The notes beneath the pieces are model-generated. The model saw only the letters and a program-made list of their open reading frames with translations. It had not been told where the DNA came from and searched no databases. Shown here in pieces: positions 10,174 through 19,409 of a stretch of DNA of 64,000 bases. Numbering within the stretch: the stretch's first letter is position 1; each line of letters begins with the position of its first letter. The translations under genes were made by a program, and so were the position numbers. Source of the DNA: Bacteroides fragilis (GTDB lineage Bacteria; Bacteroidota; Bacteroidia; Bacteroidales; DTGW01); NCBI GenBank assembly GCA_945889005.1, contig CAMDBI010000004.1, forward strand, positions 66,349 through 130,348, written 5' to 3'.

Positions 10174-10268
10174 AAACCTCCCAACCCTCCTTCAAAAGGA
10201 GGGCTAACTGAGTAGTGGTTTTCATATGCACTACTCTGTTATTGCCCCTTTTCAAGGGGTTGGGGGTT
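10174..10268. repeat. GC-rich nested-hairpin intergenic element, copy 1
   Basis: Three internal stem-loops: CCCTCCTT/AAGGAGGG (10185-10203), GAGTAGTG/CACTACTC (10210-10236), CCCCTT/AAGGGG (10245-10259). The ends are roughly complementary (AACCTCCCAACC / GGTTGGGGGTT). The reverse complement matches the element at 59714-59796. Confidence 0.75.
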
Positions 10269-10321
10269 GTTTTATTTACTAAATTTTATTGCGTTTGATC
10301 TGATTATTTAACAATTTTTCA

Positions 10322-11005
10322 ATGTCAACTAAAGTTAAGGAAAATATTTCGAAAATAAAAAACGACTTGCCATTGTCGGTCAATCTTATTGCTGTTAGTA
10401 AGACACATACTATCGAACTTATCAATGAGGCTTATGCAGCCGGTCAGCGATTGTTTGCCGAGAACAAAGTGCAAGAGCTTGTTGCCAAATGGGAACAATT
10501 GCCTAAGGATATTGAATGGCACTATATTGGGCATTTACAGACCAATAAGGTAAAGTATTTAGCACCATTTGTTTCGTTGATTCATGGGGTCGATAGTTTA
10601 AACCTTCTACAGGCAATAAACAAAGAAGCTGTTAAAAATAACAGAGTCATAAAATGCCTTGTCCAGATTCATATAGCGCAAGAGCAAACTAAATTTGGTA
10701 TGAATTACGACGAAGCAACTCTTTTTTTTAAACAAAAGGAATACGATCAACTAAAAAATGTTGAAATATCGGGTTTAATGGGAATGGCTACTTTTACCGA
10801 CAATACAGCTCAAATTGAAAAAGAATTTGCAGACTTATCTGCATTTTTTACAGAAGTAAAGCGTAATTATTTCAACGAAAACCCTAACTTTAAGGAACTA
10901 TCTATGGGTATGTCCGACGATTATATGCTGGCTATTAAACATGGCTCTACAATGATTCGTGTCGGAAGTGCCATATTTGGCGATAGACATTATCAAACAC
11001 TTTAA
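10322..11005 (+). CDS. YggS-family pyridoxal-phosphate homeostasis protein
   Basis: LIAVSKTH (PLP lysine), HYIGHLQTNKVK, GLMGMAT, ELSMGMSDDY, IRVGSAIFG. 227 aa. Confidence 0.9.
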   Translation: MSTKVKENISKIKNDLPLSVNLIAVSKTHTIELINEAYAAGQRLFAENKVQELVAKWEQLPKDIEWHYIGHLQTNKVKYLAPFVSLIHGVDSLNLLQAINKEAVKNNRVIKCLVQIHIAQEQTKFGMNYDEATLFFKQKEYDQLKNVEISGLMGMATFTDNTAQIEKEFADLSAFFTEVKRNYFNENPNFKELSMGMSDDYMLAIKHGSTMIRVGSAIFGDRHYQTL

Positions 11006-11016
11006 ACAATATATCA

Positions 11017-12003
11017 ATGGCCGATTTAAGAACCCAATATTTAGGACTAGAACTTCGTAATCCTCTAATTGTTAGTAGTTCGGGTTTGACAGACAGTGTG
11101 GTAAAGATCAAAAGACTCGAGGAGCATGGCGCTGGGGCAGTGGTTGTAAAATCTATTTTCGAAGAGCAAATTCAACGCGAAGGATATAAAACTATAATTG
11201 AACAAAAAGGCGTAAGTTGTCCCGATAGCGATTTCTATTTAAAATTTATTTCTCAAAGCGATGCTATCGACAATCATTTGCGATTAATTGCCGAAGCCAA
11301 AAAAGAAACAACAATTCCAATAATTGCCAGTATCAATTGTATTTCTATCGACGAATGGGTCAATTATGCACGTAAAATCGAAAGTGCCGGTGCCGATGCC
11401 TTGGAAATTAATGTGTTCTTTTTTCCCAACGACAAGGATTTTCGCTCCGAAGATTACGAAAGAATATATTCCGATTTGGTATTGAAGCTTCAAGCATTGG
11501 TCAAAATACCTATTTCGGTCAAAATTGCTCCCAATTTCACGAATTTACTGCACATGGTCGACCAAATTTTTTACAGGGGAGCAAAAGGTGTAGTGCTTTT
11601 CAACAAGTTTTTTGAACCCGATATCGATATTGAAACAATGGAATTTAAGCCCGCTCATCTTTTTAGTCTGGCTACCGATATATATCGCACCATTCGATGG
11701 ACAGGTATTATTAGCAGTCAGGTTGAAGGTATCGATATTGCCGCTTCTACGGGAGTGCACGATGGGCAAGGAGCCGTGAAACTATTGCTTGCCGGAGCTA
11801 AATCGGTAATGACATGTTCGTCGCTGTATATGAACGGTTCGCACTATATCAAAACCATGCTGAATGAGATAGAAGAGTGGATGGACAGAAAGGGTTATAA
11901 AACCATCGATGAATTTAGAGGCAAAATGAGTTATAAAAACTTTAAAGATCCTAAGATTTACGAAAGAACGCAGTTTATTAAATATTTTGCAGGGATACAG
12001 TAA
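11017..12003 (+). CDS. Dihydroorotate dehydrogenase-like (class 1 DHOD/DHPD-type TIM-barrel flavoprotein) protein
   Basis: YLGLELRNPLIVSSSGLT start, GAGAVVVKSIFEEQ, ADALEINV. Family level only; the substrate is not inferable. Confidence 0.7.
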   Translation: MADLRTQYLGLELRNPLIVSSSGLTDSVVKIKRLEEHGAGAVVVKSIFEEQIQREGYKTIIEQKGVSCPDSDFYLKFISQSDAIDNHLRLIAEAKKETTIPIIASINCISIDEWVNYARKIESAGADALEINVFFFPNDKDFRSEDYERIYSDLVLKLQALVKIPISVKIAPNFTNLLHMVDQIFYRGAKGVVLFNKFFEPDIDIETMEFKPAHLFSLATDIYRTIRWTGIISSQVEGIDIAASTGVHDGQGAVKLLLAGAKSVMTCSSLYMNGSHYIKTMLNEIEEWMDRKGYKTIDEFRGKMSYKNFKDPKIYERTQFIKYFAGIQ

Positions 12004-12011
12004 ATATATTT

Positions 12012-12413
12012 ATGATGAATAATGACATACGTTGGAAACAGCGTTTTAAAAATTTTGAGAATTCGTTGAATTTTATAGAACAAGCACAAGATATAGAAAA
12101 TCCATCTATTATCGAAAAAGCTGGATTGATTCAGTTTTTTGAAATAAGTTTTGAGCTTTCATGGAATTTACTTAAAGATTACTTAGAAGAAAAAGGTTAT
12201 ATTGATATAAAATTCCCGAGAGATACGATTAAAAAAGCCTTTGAAACCGAATTGATTCATGATGGAGCGCTTTGGTTAGAGGCATTAAAAAACAGAAATC
12301 TTACTTCACATACTTACGACGAGGAGCTTGCCAATGCAATGGTAGCAGTTATAAGTCAAAAATATTATCCGATGCTTAAGCAACTGTACCTTAAACTTAA
12401 ACCTGAAATATAA
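12012..12413 (+). CDS. HEPN-domain protein, HI0074-type nucleotidyltransferase substrate-binding protein (toxin of a HEPN-MNT pair)
   Basis: RWKQRFKNFENSL start and R-x4-H motif (RNLTSH). Its stop overlaps the next start by 1 nt (TAATG). Confidence 0.85.
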   Translation: MMNNDIRWKQRFKNFENSLNFIEQAQDIENPSIIEKAGLIQFFEISFELSWNLLKDYLEEKGYIDIKFPRDTIKKAFETELIHDGALWLEALKNRNLTSHTYDEELANAMVAVISQKYYPMLKQLYLKLKPEI

Positions 12414-12718
12414 TGTTTGGGCTTAAAGATTCTGATTTAGAAGAAATAAAAAAAATTATTTCCGATTTTAAAGAAGTAGAGGTCGCGTATATGTTTGGAA
12501 GTAGGGCGAAAGGCAATTATAGGCATGGAAGCGATGTCGATATAGCTCTTAAAGGAAAGGACCTTACATTTTCGATTGTTTCGTCAATTGCAGGAATACT
12601 GAACGAAGATACTTTGATGCCCTATAAATTCGATGTATTGAACTACTATAGCATTTCAAATAAGGAATTGGTAGAACATATCGATAGGGTTGGGGTGGTT
12701 TTTTGGGAGAATTTGTAA
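12413..12718 (+). CDS. Minimal nucleotidyltransferase (MNT, HI0073-like antitoxin)
   Basis: FGSRAKGNYRHGSDVDIAL (G-S ... D-x-D pol-beta NTase motif). 101 aa. Coupled to the HEPN gene. Confidence 0.85.
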   Translation: MFGLKDSDLEEIKKIISDFKEVEVAYMFGSRAKGNYRHGSDVDIALKGKDLTFSIVSSIAGILNEDTLMPYKFDVLNYYSISNKELVEHIDRVGVVFWENL

Positions 12719-12842
12719 TTTAACAATTGCGCATCTTTGAAATTTTTTTTACAGTATACTCTCTTAGACTGTTGTATCCAATGTATCACTTGGTTTTTTG
12801 TAAGTTTACATGGATTTCTTAATTTTGAATAAAATTTAAAAT

Positions 12843-13142
12843 ATGTACTTGGATAATTATTTAAACAATTTAAAAGGTCTTTGTCAGCAAAACAACGTGA
12901 AATCATTATTTGTATTCGGATCTGTTTTGACAGATAGATTTAATGATAATAGTGATATCGATTTAGTTGTTGATATTGATTCAAGTGATCCAATAGATTA
13001 TGCCGACAATTATTTTAACTTGAAGTTTGCTCTTCAAGATTTATTTAAAAGACAAATCGATTTGTTGGAGAACAAGGCGATAAAGAATCCATATATTCGT
13101 CATAATATTGATAAATCTAAATATTTGATATATGCCAAATGA
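12843..13142 (+). CDS. Second minimal nucleotidyltransferase (orphan MNT, no adjacent HEPN/DUF86 gene)
   Basis: FGSVLTDRFNDNSDIDLVV motif. 99 aa. Followed directly by a strong terminator. Confidence 0.75.
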   Translation: MYLDNYLNNLKGLCQQNNVKSLFVFGSVLTDRFNDNSDIDLVVDIDSSDPIDYADNYFNLKFALQDLFKRQIDLLENKAIKNPYIRHNIDKSKYLIYAK

Positions 13143-13153
13143 TAAATAAAAAA

Positions 13154-13181
13154 AGCCGATTGAATGTCAATCGGCTTTTTT
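13154..13181. terminator. Bidirectional rho-independent terminator
   Basis: AGCCGATTG-aatgt-CAATCGGCT flanked by an A-run and a T-run, between convergent genes. Confidence 0.8.
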
Positions 13182-13199
13182 ATTTATAATGATAAAATA

Positions 13200-13715
13200 T
13201 TATTTTTTGTCGGTTTTGAGGTCAACACCGTCAGCTTTAATTTTTACGTTTTGAGTTTCGCCAAGGTTAAACATTAAGAAATACTTTTTAACCGAAGTAC
13301 GTTCAATACGTACGTTAGTGAAATAGTCAACATCAGGGTATTTTTCCATTAGAGTGTATAATGAAAAATCTGCACCTGCATCTCTTAAAGGTACTATTTC
13401 AAATAATTGCCATTTTCCATTAACTTTACGAGGGTTAAATTTAATAGTTTGCCAACTCTCTCTACCAATTGCATTTGTCCATTTGCCAATTTTGTAATTT
13501 GAAGCATATGGTTCTTTTAAAGTGCCTTTAGCATCACGTTCAACAGTAGCTTCTGCGGTAAGATTGTTCAATAAAACGAAATCTTTACGATTTAATGAGT
13601 CGAACTCAATATCCATTTGACGGATATTTTTTGAAGTTGATGTAATCTTGCACGAGCTCAGTGCCAGTAAACATACTCCAATCAATATTATTATTCTGTT
13701 ATTTAAAATTCTCAT
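13200..13715 (-). CDS. Hypothetical lipoprotein (paralogue of 13765..14187)
   Basis: Lipobox LALSSC. Shares the NLTAEATVE, YPDVDYFTNVRIE and GVDLKTDKK motifs with its neighbour. Confidence 0.7.
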   Translation of the reverse strand: MRILNNRIIILIGVCLLALSSCKITSTSKNIRQMDIEFDSLNRKDFVLLNNLTAEATVERDAKGTLKEPYASNYKIGKWTNAIGRESWQTIKFNPRKVNGKWQLFEIVPLRDAGADFSLYTLMEKYPDVDYFTNVRIERTSVKKYFLMFNLGETQNVKIKADGVDLKTDKK

Positions 13716-13764
13716 ACATTCAAAATTTTTGTATTTATATTCTTAAAATAAATTATTACTAATA

Positions 13765-14187
13765 TTATTTATCTGTTTTCAAGACAATACCTTTAGCAAC
13801 CACTTTTGTTTTAAATTTCTTTACAAAAGGCTTTTGAGTGTAAGTTTTGTAATAACGAATGTTTGTTAAATAATCGACATCTGGGTTTTGTTCGATTAAA
13901 TTGTAAATCGCAAGTTTTTCATCTAAACCAGCACCATAAGCTTGTCCAGCTGAATAAATCTTACCAGTTTTAATGTTTTTCTTGTCAGCACCTCTCATGA
14001 TGAAACCTAAATACACACGTACTTCAGCTTCGGCCGAAAGATCATCGGTAAGAACATAGTCAGCTCTGGTAACTTTTAAAGGAGGAAGTTCTACTGATTC
14101 TTTTCCTGCTTCACTAATAGTTAAACATGAAGAGGCAAGTAAGCCTACAGCAGCAATAGCAATAACGTTTAAAAATAATTTTCTCAT
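13765..14187 (-). CDS. Hypothetical lipoprotein (paralogue of 13200..13715)
   Basis: Lipobox LLASSC. DLSAEAEVRV, NPDVDYLTNIRYY, GIVLKTDK. Confidence 0.7.
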   Translation of the reverse strand: MRKLFLNVIAIAAVGLLASSCLTISEAGKESVELPPLKVTRADYVLTDDLSAEAEVRVYLGFIMRGADKKNIKTGKIYSAGQAYGAGLDEKLAIYNLIEQNPDVDYLTNIRYYKTYTQKPFVKKFKTKVVAKGIVLKTDK

Positions 14188-14330
14188 AATTGAAAAAAAT
14201 TAGGGTTAATAATGATTATTAAATTTTATAAAACAAATATAGTTAAATTTCTTTAGATGCAAAATTTTAAAAAAAAAGATATAAATAAATTTTATCTAAT
14301 AATTGATTCAATTATTAGATAAAGTTAAAT

Positions 14331-15179
14331 CTATTTCTCTTGTTTGTCGCAATCGCATTCGTCAAAACTCTTGTCGTATTGGATCATAGCTTCTTCGCTC
14401 ATACCAATGCTCGAGAAACCGCCATCGTGCATGAGGTTTTGCATGGTTACTTTGCGCGAAAGGTCTGAGAACAAGGTGATTGTATAGTCGGCACATTCGG
14501 CAGCCGATGCATTGCCAAGTGGCGACATGCGTTCAGAGAAGTCGAGCAAACGGTCGAAACCTTTAATACCACTACCGGCAGTGGTTTTGGTTGGCGATTG
14601 CGATATGCTGTTGATTCTAATTTTCTTTTCGCGACCATAAATATATCCAAAACTACGAACGATAGACTCTAAGGCTGCTTTGGCATCGGCCATGTCGTTG
14701 TATCCAAACAAGGTGCGGGTTGAGGCTATATACGACAATGCAACAACAGAACCCCATTCGTTGATGGCATCGTATTTGCGGCACAATTGAAGGATTTTAT
14801 GTAGCGACAATGCCGACACGTCGAGTGTTTTAAGGTAATTGTCATAGTTTATTTCGTCGTATGGAATGTTTTTACGTACATTGGGCGACATGCCTATAGA
14901 GTGGAGTACAAAATCGATTTTACCACCCATTTTCTCCATGGTGCATTTTATAAGCATTTCGAGGTCGTCGAGGTTGGTAGCATCGGCATATATTACTTCT
15001 GTGTTACACATTTTGGCAAGGCGTTCGACATCGCCCAAACGTGAAGCAACAGGCGCATTCGATAAAATAAACTCAGCACCTTCTTCGTGGGCGCGAACGG
15101 CAGTTTGCCAAGCTATTGAGGACTCGTTGAGCGCTCCAAATATCAAACCTTTTTTTCCTTTTAATAAATTGTAAGACAT
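14331..15179 (-). CDS. fabI: Enoyl-[acyl-carrier-protein] reductase (NADH), FabI type
   Basis: LLKGKKGLIFGALNESSIAWQ start, SDR fold, YIAS...MADAKAALE (Y-x6-K-type catalytic region). 282 aa. Confidence 0.9.
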   Translation of the reverse strand: MSYNLLKGKKGLIFGALNESSIAWQTAVRAHEEGAEFILSNAPVASRLGDVERLAKMCNTEVIYADATNLDDLEMLIKCTMEKMGGKIDFVLHSIGMSPNVRKNIPYDEINYDNYLKTLDVSALSLHKILQLCRKYDAINEWGSVVALSYIASTRTLFGYNDMADAKAALESIVRSFGYIYGREKKIRINSISQSPTKTTAGSGIKGFDRLLDFSERMSPLGNASAAECADYTITLFSDLSRKVTMQNLMHDGGFSSIGMSEEAMIQYDKSFDECDCDKQEK

Positions 15180-15256
15180 CTTTTTCTAATTATGATTAAT
15201 AAAATATGTATTTTCTGAATTATTAGTTATTAATGTTAAATAAGAGTTAAAAATTG

Positions 15257-15379
15257 TAACCACAAAGGCAATAAAGTTAATCACAAAGTCACACAATGGC
15301 ATATTAATTAAATTTCATCAATTGCATATAGATCATTTTCTTAGTGATACTTTGTATAATCCTTATTTGCCTTAGTGGT
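15257..15379. repeat. About 120-bp imperfect palindrome with CAAAG-containing arms
   Basis: Left arm AACCACAAAGGCAATAAAGTTAATCACAAAGTCAC. The reverse complement of the right arm reads AACCACTAAGGCAAATAAGGATTATACAAAGTATCAC. Located between the recN 3' end and the fabI 5' end. Confidence 0.6.
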
Positions 15380-15427
15380 TTAAAAAGACCCAACCCATAA
15401 TTGGCTTTATTAAAATGTTTACAGTGG

Positions 15428-15467
15428 CATTTGCAAATTCTCACATTTGCATATTTGCATATTAACA
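15428..15467. repeat. Stop-codon-proximal AT-rich 8-nt unit array
   Basis: CATTTGCA AATTCTCA CATTTGCA TATTTGCA TATTAACA, abutting the recN stop (15470-15472, minus strand). Confidence 0.65.
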
Positions 15468-15469
15468 TT

Positions 15470-17122
15470 TCAATTTTTCAATAGTTCCATGGCATTTGAA
15501 ACAGCTGCCTGGGTAATTTGTTCACCACTGAGCATTTTTGCAAGTTCGTTTACGCGTTCTTCGTTAGTAAGTAGTTTTATTTGGGTGTTAGTTGTCGATG
15601 CTGTCTCTGTTTTGAATACTTTGAAATGACAATCGCCTTTGGCTGCAACCTGAGGCAAATGGGTGATGCTAATAACCTGAAGGTTTGCAGACATTTGCTT
15701 CATAATGCCGCCCATTTTCCCGGCTATATCGCCCGAAACGCCTGTGTCTATTTCGTCCAAAATTATTGTCGGAAGGGCTGTCGACGATGCTATAACCGAT
15801 TTAATGGCGAGCATCACTCTCGATATTTCGCCTCCCGAAGCTACTTTGGCAATATCTTGTGCTGCAACTTGTTTGTTGGCTGTAAACAACAAAGATATTT
15901 TGTCGCATCCAGTTGTTGTAAATTCTGTTGTGTTTTCGATACTTATTGCAAATGTTCCGTTGGGCATACCAAGCTGATGGATAATTTCATTGATTTGTTT
16001 TTCGGTACTAGGCACAATCTTTAGCCTCGATTGGTGCAGTTCATTTGAAAGTATCAATAAGTTCTGCTTTTCGTTCGATATTGCTTTGGAAAGCTCTTGT
16101 ATTTGCTCGTCGTACGAGGCTATATCGTTCAGTCGAAGCGACAATGAATCTTTGAGAGCAACGAGTTCATTAGCGTCTTTTGCTTTGTGCTTTTGACAAA
16201 GAGTATATATGGTGTCGAGTCGTGTTTTTAGTTCGAGCAATCGTTCGGGTTTGTGTTCTATTTTTTCGAAATGAAGTTCTAATTCCGAGGAAATGTCTTT
16301 TAATTCAATATAAATACTTTCGACTCGGTTATGTATGCTTTCCGATTTGTGAAAGAGATTTTTAAGTTTTAGGAGTGTAGTAATAAGTTCTTTGCTTTTG
16401 ACAAGTATTCCTTGATCGGTCGATAAGTAATCGGTCGAAAGTCCCAACAGATTTTTTATTTCTTCGGAGTGTGATAGTGTTTCGAATTCTTCTTCCAATT
16501 GCGATTGTTCGTCGGTTTTGAGCTTTACTTTATCTAATTCGTCGAATTGAAATTGCATGAAATCTCTTTCGTTGTTAGCCAAACGGGCTTTTTCTTTGAG
16601 TTCGTCGAGGTCGGTCGATAGTTTCTTGAATTTCTTGAGCGATTCTTTATATTTTGAAAGTATGTCTTGGTTTTTAGCCAAGGAGTCGACAAATTTGAAT
16701 TGAAATAAAATGTCGCCCAAGTATAAGTTTTGGTGTTGCGAATGTATATCGATAAGTTTGTCGCCAAGCTCCTTCAGCAACGAGGCGTTTACAGGAGTGT
16801 CGTTGATAAAAGCCCGGCTACGGCTGTTGTCTGTTATTTCGCGGCGAACAATAAGCAAATCGGCATATTCCAATTCGTTATCGTCGAAAAAACGATTGAG
16901 CTTATATTCTTTGATAGAAAATTCGGCTTCGACCACGCATTTCTTGTCTTTGTTGAGTTGAACCGACGAATCGGCACGTTGCCCAAGTAGTAGCGACATT
17001 GCTCCAAGCAAAATTGATTTGCCCGCACCGGTTTCGCCGGTAATAATACTAAAACCTTTGTCGAGGCTCATGTCGAGCTGGTCAATGAGGGCATAGTTTT
17101 GTATCGATAATTTTACGAGCAT
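15470..17122 (-). CDS. recN: DNA repair protein RecN
   Basis: SIQNYALID...ITGETGAGKSILLGA Walker A, long coiled-coil middle, C-terminal SGGEISRVMLAIK signature and ILDEIDTGVSG Walker B. 550 aa. Confidence 0.95.
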   Translation of the reverse strand: MLVKLSIQNYALIDQLDMSLDKGFSIITGETGAGKSILLGAMSLLLGQRADSSVQLNKDKKCVVEAEFSIKEYKLNRFFDDNELEYADLLIVRREITDNSRSRAFINDTPVNASLLKELGDKLIDIHSQHQNLYLGDILFQFKFVDSLAKNQDILSKYKESLKKFKKLSTDLDELKEKARLANNERDFMQFQFDELDKVKLKTDEQSQLEEEFETLSHSEEIKNLLGLSTDYLSTDQGILVKSKELITTLLKLKNLFHKSESIHNRVESIYIELKDISSELELHFEKIEHKPERLLELKTRLDTIYTLCQKHKAKDANELVALKDSLSLRLNDIASYDEQIQELSKAISNEKQNLLILSNELHQSRLKIVPSTEKQINEIIHQLGMPNGTFAISIENTTEFTTTGCDKISLLFTANKQVAAQDIAKVASGGEISRVMLAIKSVIASSTALPTIILDEIDTGVSGDIAGKMGGIMKQMSANLQVISITHLPQVAAKGDCHFKVFKTETASTTNTQIKLLTNEERVNELAKMLSGEQITQAAVSNAMELLKN

Positions 17123-17193
17123 GCATCAATTATTTGCGCACGAAATTATGAATTTTAATGAAAATAGAAAAACAAAGATACTAACATAGTGTG

Positions 17194-18096
17194 TTAGCCC
17201 TTTATTTTCTGATATTTGGATGCATTTGCACCATCTATTTGTTGCAGGATGTTGTAGACCCGGTTCTTTTCGTCGCTCAAGCCTTCGGATAAAATATTTA
17301 CTATTTCGTCGGCTTTGCTATCGAGCAATAGTTGAAGGGGGAGCATGTATGGGTCGGGTTTATCGTCGTAAACTTTTTTCAATAAAACATAACTTTCTAC
17401 AATTGTGGCTCGGGCTTCGGCCGCTTTGTTGTCCATTAAATCGAGACCCAAACGGTGAAATTTGTAGTTGAATTCGCGCAAAGGGGCATAGCGTTTGTCG
17501 AGCAGGTTTTTGACCAACCAATAGCGGTTGCGGTTGTTTTTGCCATCGAATGCTTTCCAACCTTTGTCGTTCGACGATTGTGCATTATTGACAATTTTTT
17601 CGGCTTTTTGAAAATACTCTGTGCCACCTTCTTGTGCAAACGAATCGTAATCGAGACCTATAATAATATATACATAATATGCTAAAACGGCTACCAAGTT
17701 TGACTTATGCGAGGTCTCGACAAACTCTAGTGGCTCAAATTCGACATAGCGAAACGAAAAATTTTCGTCTTTGTAGTTAAATAATGTGGTGTTATAAGAT
17801 GAATTGAAAACCGGTCGGCGCGATTGAATTTGTAGGGAGCCCTTAAAATCGTCGGCCCCAGCCTGATCTGTAATGTTGATAAGTATATTGCATTCGATGA
17901 GTTCGTTTACCGAATATGCATGGTTAGTCCATGCGCGGTTGTTCATAAATTCGAAAAGAGCTGTTTGAAGCGTCTGAAAAACCTTCTTGTTGGTACCTTG
18001 TATTTGAGAGGTGTTTACGCTAATGTTGCATTTCAACTCTTGCGAAAAAACTTGTGCCGATATAACTAATAGAAAGCTTAAAAGTATTTTTTTCAT
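17194..18096 (-). CDS. DUF4835-family periplasmic/outer-membrane-associated protein (labelled PorD-like in some annotations, from memory)
   Basis: Signal peptide LLVISAQVFSQ. Motifs QSRRPVFNSSYNT, YYVYIIIGLDYDSF, GWKAF...NRYWL, YKFHRLGLD. Sits in the recN-DUF4835-coaBC synteny typical of Bacteroidota. Confidence 0.6.
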   Translation of the reverse strand: MKKILLSFLLVISAQVFSQELKCNISVNTSQIQGTNKKVFQTLQTALFEFMNNRAWTNHAYSVNELIECNILINITDQAGADDFKGSLQIQSRRPVFNSSYNTTLFNYKDENFSFRYVEFEPLEFVETSHKSNLVAVLAYYVYIIIGLDYDSFAQEGGTEYFQKAEKIVNNAQSSNDKGWKAFDGKNNRNRYWLVKNLLDKRYAPLREFNYKFHRLGLDLMDNKAAEARATIVESYVLLKKVYDDKPDPYMLPLQLLLDSKADEIVNILSEGLSDEKNRVYNILQQIDGANASKYQKIKG

Positions 18097-18197
18097 TTTG
18101 GGTATATTTTTAAAACTAAAGTATATGGCTTAATTTATTAGACCTATTGACTATTAATTTGTTGATTCCTATTGAATTTGTCTCAAATCTAATATCT

Positions 18198-19400
18198 TTA
18201 TTCTTGCATTATATATATGGTATAGAAGTCCACAATATCTTTTGCAACCTCTTGTTTCGATTTTAAGGAAAAATGTTGTACTGGTTTTTGGGTTGAAATA
18301 ATTGAAATTTTGTTGGTGTCGACATTGAAACCGGCCCCCTCGTCGGACAATGAGTTGAGAATAATAAAATCGAGATTTTTTGATTTTAATTTTGCCGAAG
18401 CGTTTTCTATTTCATGGTCGGTTTCGAGTGCGAAGCCGGCTAAAATCTGGTTTTTCTTTTTCATTGAACCCAATTGAGCAGCTATGTCTTTGTTGGCAGT
18501 CAATTCGATGGTCATTGCATCGGTTTTGCGTTTTATTTTTGTATTGCTGATATTTTTGGGTTTGAAATCTGCCACAGCAGCACACATAATGGCAGCATTG
18601 CACGATGGGAATAATTTTAAAGCTGCATCGTACATTTGATCGGCCGATGTTACTTTTACTATTTCGATATTTGGGTGCGACACTGAAATTTTTACTGGGC
18701 CACTTACGAGTTTTATTTTTGCGCCACGGTCGGCGAGTTCAGTGGCAATGGCATAACCCATTTTACCCGACGATTGGTTTCCAATAAAACGAACTGGGTC
18801 AATAAATTCGTAGGTTGGTCCGGCGGTTAATAGTATTGTTTTACCCGTCAGACTTTTTTTTTTATTGAATAGGCTGTCGACTGCTTCGTATATTTTTTCG
18901 GGTTCTTCCATTCGCCCTTTGCCATCGAGTCCACTGGCTAGTTCGCCGCTTGCAGGTTCAATGATATGGTTGCCAATCGAACGAAGGGTTTCAATGTTTT
19001 TTTGAGTTGCCGGGTGTTGGTACATGTCTAAATCCATTGCCGGAGCAACCATTACAGGGCATCGAGCCGATAAGTATGAGGTAAGCAGCAGGTTGTCGGC
19101 TACTCCATTGGCCATTTTAGCAATAGTATTTGCAGTAGCAGGTGCAATAATATACAAATCGGCCCACAGTCCCAGATCTACGTGGCTGTTCCAATCGCCG
19201 TTTTCGGGATTGAAAAAATCGACCAAAATGGGGCTTTTCGAAAGAGTTGCCATGGTCAAAGGGGTAATAAATTCTTTTGCAAGAGGAGTCATTATTACCT
19301 TTACTTCAGCACCGTTTTTTACAAACAAACGGGTAAGTGCAGCTGCTTTGTATGCGGCTATACTACCGGTGATGCCCAAAAGAATTTTCTTCCCTTTCAT
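18198..19400 (-). CDS. coaBC: Bifunctional phosphopantothenoylcysteine decarboxylase / phosphopantothenate-cysteine ligase. Start moved to the Met at 19400; the listed ORF start 19526 runs through a repeat and overlaps rpoZ.
   Basis: MKGKKILLGITGSIAAYKA flavoprotein start, PAMDLDM, LTAGPTYEFIDPVRFIGNQSSGKMG CoaB motif. 400 aa from 19400. Confidence 0.92.
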   Translation of the reverse strand: MKGKKILLGITGSIAAYKAAALTRLFVKNGAEVKVIMTPLAKEFITPLTMATLSKSPILVDFFNPENGDWNSHVDLGLWADLYIIAPATANTIAKMANGVADNLLLTSYLSARCPVMVAPAMDLDMYQHPATQKNIETLRSIGNHIIEPASGELASGLDGKGRMEEPEKIYEAVDSLFNKKKSLTGKTILLTAGPTYEFIDPVRFIGNQSSGKMGYAIATELADRGAKIKLVSGPVKISVSHPNIEIVKVTSADQMYDAALKLFPSCNAAIMCAAVADFKPKNISNTKIKRKTDAMTIELTANKDIAAQLGSMKKKNQILAGFALETDHEIENASAKLKSKNLDFIILNSLSDEGAGFNVDTNKISIISTQKPVQHFSLKSKQEVAKDIVDFYTIYIMQE

Positions 19401-19409
19401 TAAATATTT

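Noticed and set aside
12646-12906. 86-aa minus-strand ORF bridging the two MNT genes
   Set aside because: It overlaps both well-supported plus-strand MNT genes. It has no motifs and no plausible signals.
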